Below, in pieces: positions 62,270 to 64,000 of a stretch of DNA of 64,000 nucleotides. The notes below the pieces were generated by a model. That model was not told the origin of the DNA and did not search any database. It was given only the letters and a program-made list of their open reading frames with translations. Each line of letters starts with the position of its first letter. Position 1 is the first letter of the stretch. The stretch is taken from assembly GCA_963662405.2 (NCBI GenBank), contig CAXXKT010000001.1, positions 288,001 through 352,000 on the forward strand, read 5' to 3'. The position numbers and the translations under genes were made by a program. The stretch is from Syntrophales bacterium. GTDB taxonomy: Bacteria > Desulfobacterota > Syntrophia > Syntrophales > UBA2210.

Positions 62270-62349
62270 CCGTGACCTGGTTTCCTGTGCACATACCGAT
62301 TCAGGCATCCACTCTTTCTAAACCCGTCACCGGCTGCATGATCGCGGAA

Positions 62350-62631
62350 TTACTCCACGGTGATTATATCTTTGTTGGCCTGATACGTCTTCGGTCCGAT
62401 GCCTCTGACCTTCATGATGTCTTCCGCCTTTGCAAAAGGACCGTTGGCTTCCCTGTATTGGACGATCCGCTCAGCATACCGAGGGCCTATCCTCTTGAGT
62501 TTGATAAGCTCTTCAACCGGTGCGGTATTGATATTGATCCTTCCCCCCTCGTCAGCCAGGGCTATCGGAACCACCGACAGCATAAACAGCGCAGCAACAA
62601 ACATGACAAATACCTTGCGATATCTTTTCAT
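62350..62631 (-). CDS. comEA: ComEA-like helix-hairpin-helix protein
   Basis: Signal peptide; ININTA...IGP..A..IVQYR..NGPF...VRGIG. Confidence 0.88.
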   Translation of the reverse strand: MKRYRKVFVMFVAALFMLSVVPIALADEGGRININTAPVEELIKLKRIGPRYAERIVQYREANGPFAKAEDIMKVRGIGPKTYQANKDIITVE

Positions 62632-62861
62632 ATAGTCACCTCCTCAAGACCGGTGACGGGTTATAGAAAGAACGCCTTAAAGCTCTATTTTTACCCTTTT
62701 TCAGATATTTCTTCAAGAATAATACCGTGCCAGGCATCAGGAATTCCCTTCCGCCCAAGCCACCTCACCGCAACCGTACAGAGCCCTTCAGGGATTTTAC
62801 ATGATCGATGCCTTCTCGTTTAAACCTTTGGAATAACGGCACAAGAAACTCCCTGCCGAAT

Positions 62862-64000
62862 TCATGAGAGGGAAAGAACGATCCGTGCCGTGTCGTCCTG
62901 CGCAGTATCCCTGACCTGCACATCGAGAATAAAGATCCGCTCGTTTTCGATCTTTCCTTTTTGTATCAGGTGCCCCTTGATCCGCTGGGCCCGTTCCTTT
63001 GCCAATTGTCGCAGGTCGACATCTGCAACAGTGGCGGCATCGATCAAAAACCGTTCCATTGCCCGGTCGGTATCCACGGGCTTTCCTTTATCCGCGCCTT
63101 TGTCTTTTTGTGTGGTTTCGTACGCTTTTTTCAGAAGGCGTTGATATTCCGCATCGGACAGGATGATATCATCCACCGCCGGGGGCACCTTTTTGCCGGC
63201 GCCTCTCAGCTCATCGGCCTTCAATTTCCTGAGCGTCCTTATCAGCTCTTTTTCGGCCAGGGCCGCTCGATCCGATGTCCTGTCGGCAGTTCCCCTGATT
63301 TCGAGCCGGAGTGCCGGTCGTTCATTGAGGGATCGGGCCAGCATGTCCAGCTTCTTCATCTGCTCCGGTGTCACCTCGGCACTACCGTATGCAAAATCGA
63401 TATGACTGAGGTCCTCCCCACCCCCGAAGAGACTGCCGAGAAGGGCGAAGGGAGAGGTAACGACCTTGGTAATCAGGTTCATGAACGCCTTGAAAACAAG
63501 CTGACCGTAGCTGAATTCCGGATCATCGATGTCTCCCTTTACCGGCAGGTCGATATTGATGTTTCCCTGACGATCTTTGAGCAAACCGACGGCGAGAGTC
63601 ACGGGCAGTTTCGTGGCCGAGGGGCTTTCCACCCGCTCACCCAGGGTAAGTTGATTCAGAAAAAGTTTATTCTCGCCGATGAGCTTGCTTCCCTGAAGCG
63701 TGTAGTCAAGATCGAGGGACATCTTCCCTTTCCTGATCGCATACCCTGCAAATTTCCCTGAATATGGAGTCAGAGTGGTCAGTTCCATGTTTTTGAAAGA
63801 AAGGGCCACATCAATGAACCTGGCAGGACTGAGGGGGTTGATCTTCCCCGTTATCCTGACGGGGGCGTATCGGTCCACGGCCCCCGTCAGGGAGACATCC
63901 GCCCGCGCGGAGGGATCGGAAGACAGCCCCTTGATCTCACCGTTCAGGTCCTGGATACCGACGGCAAAATTCGGTGTGAGAGAAAAATCGGCAAAATTCA
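62862..64000 (-). CDS. DUF748-domain protein (5' part outside window)
   Basis: Frame open to the window edge; PYSGKFAGY, LLKDRQG.I.IDLPV.G..DDPEF and OmpA-like LA..RA motifs. Confidence 0.85.
   Translation of the reverse strand, partial: NFADFSLTPNFAVGIQDLNGEIKGLSSDPSARADVSLTGAVDRYAPVRITGKINPLSPARFIDVALSFKNMELTTLTPYSGKFAGYAIRKGKMSLDLDYTLQGSKLIGENKLFLNQLTLGERVESPSATKLPVTLAVGLLKDRQGNINIDLPVKGDIDDPEFSYGQLVFKAFMNLITKVVTSPFALLGSLFGGGEDLSHIDFAYGSAEVTPEQMKKLDMLARSLNERPALRLEIRGTADRTSDRAALAEKELIRTLRKLKADELRGAGKKVPPAVDDIILSDAEYQRLLKKAYETTQKDKGADKGKPVDTDRAMERFLIDAATVADVDLRQLAKERAQRIKGHLIQKGKIENERIFILDVQVRDTAQDDTARIVLSLS

Noticed and set aside
1..64000. CRISPR array, retron/DGR reverse transcriptase, rRNA
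   Set aside because: No regularly spaced repeats, RT motifs or rRNA-like sequence seen.

Overview
This window looks like a deltaproteobacterial (Desulfobacterota/Syntrophales-like; inferred) chromosome segment. The right part (41.4-64 kb) is ordinary core genome: ssrA/smpB, ttcA, thrS-infC-rpmI-rplT-pheS-pheT-ihfA-MerR, tRNA-Val, a split ATP-synthase F0 cluster and a two-component system. The left part holds a ~36-kb island (5128-41459) integrated at the tmRNA 3' end. Its backbone is a P4-like integrase, AlpA/Xis-like regulators, a replication protein and a primase-helicase. It also carries umuDC, an extra IHF and a secreted nuclease. The most notable structure is a repeated non-coding platform that brackets three unrelated cargos. 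Upstream is a conserved ~210-bp leader 'L' (CACCTACTA, hairpin, TTGACA, structured segment, SD-ATG, intrinsic terminator); downstream is a conserved 70-130-bp element 'E' that begins GTTAATG. In two modules the cargo consists of integron-type gene cassettes, with attC sites and matching complementary 5' cores, inserted exactly at the G^TT of E, although no IntI is present in the window. One cassette appears to be a 5.8-kb six-gene envelope operon; two others are candidate anti-phage nucleases. An IS110 element, whose bridge-RNA guides can be read from the sequence and match its own flanks, sits at the conserved E/L junction. A 4.3-kb segment with a candidate defence gene occupies the homologous position in another copy. 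Protein family assignments come from motif recognition by eye; no database searches were run.
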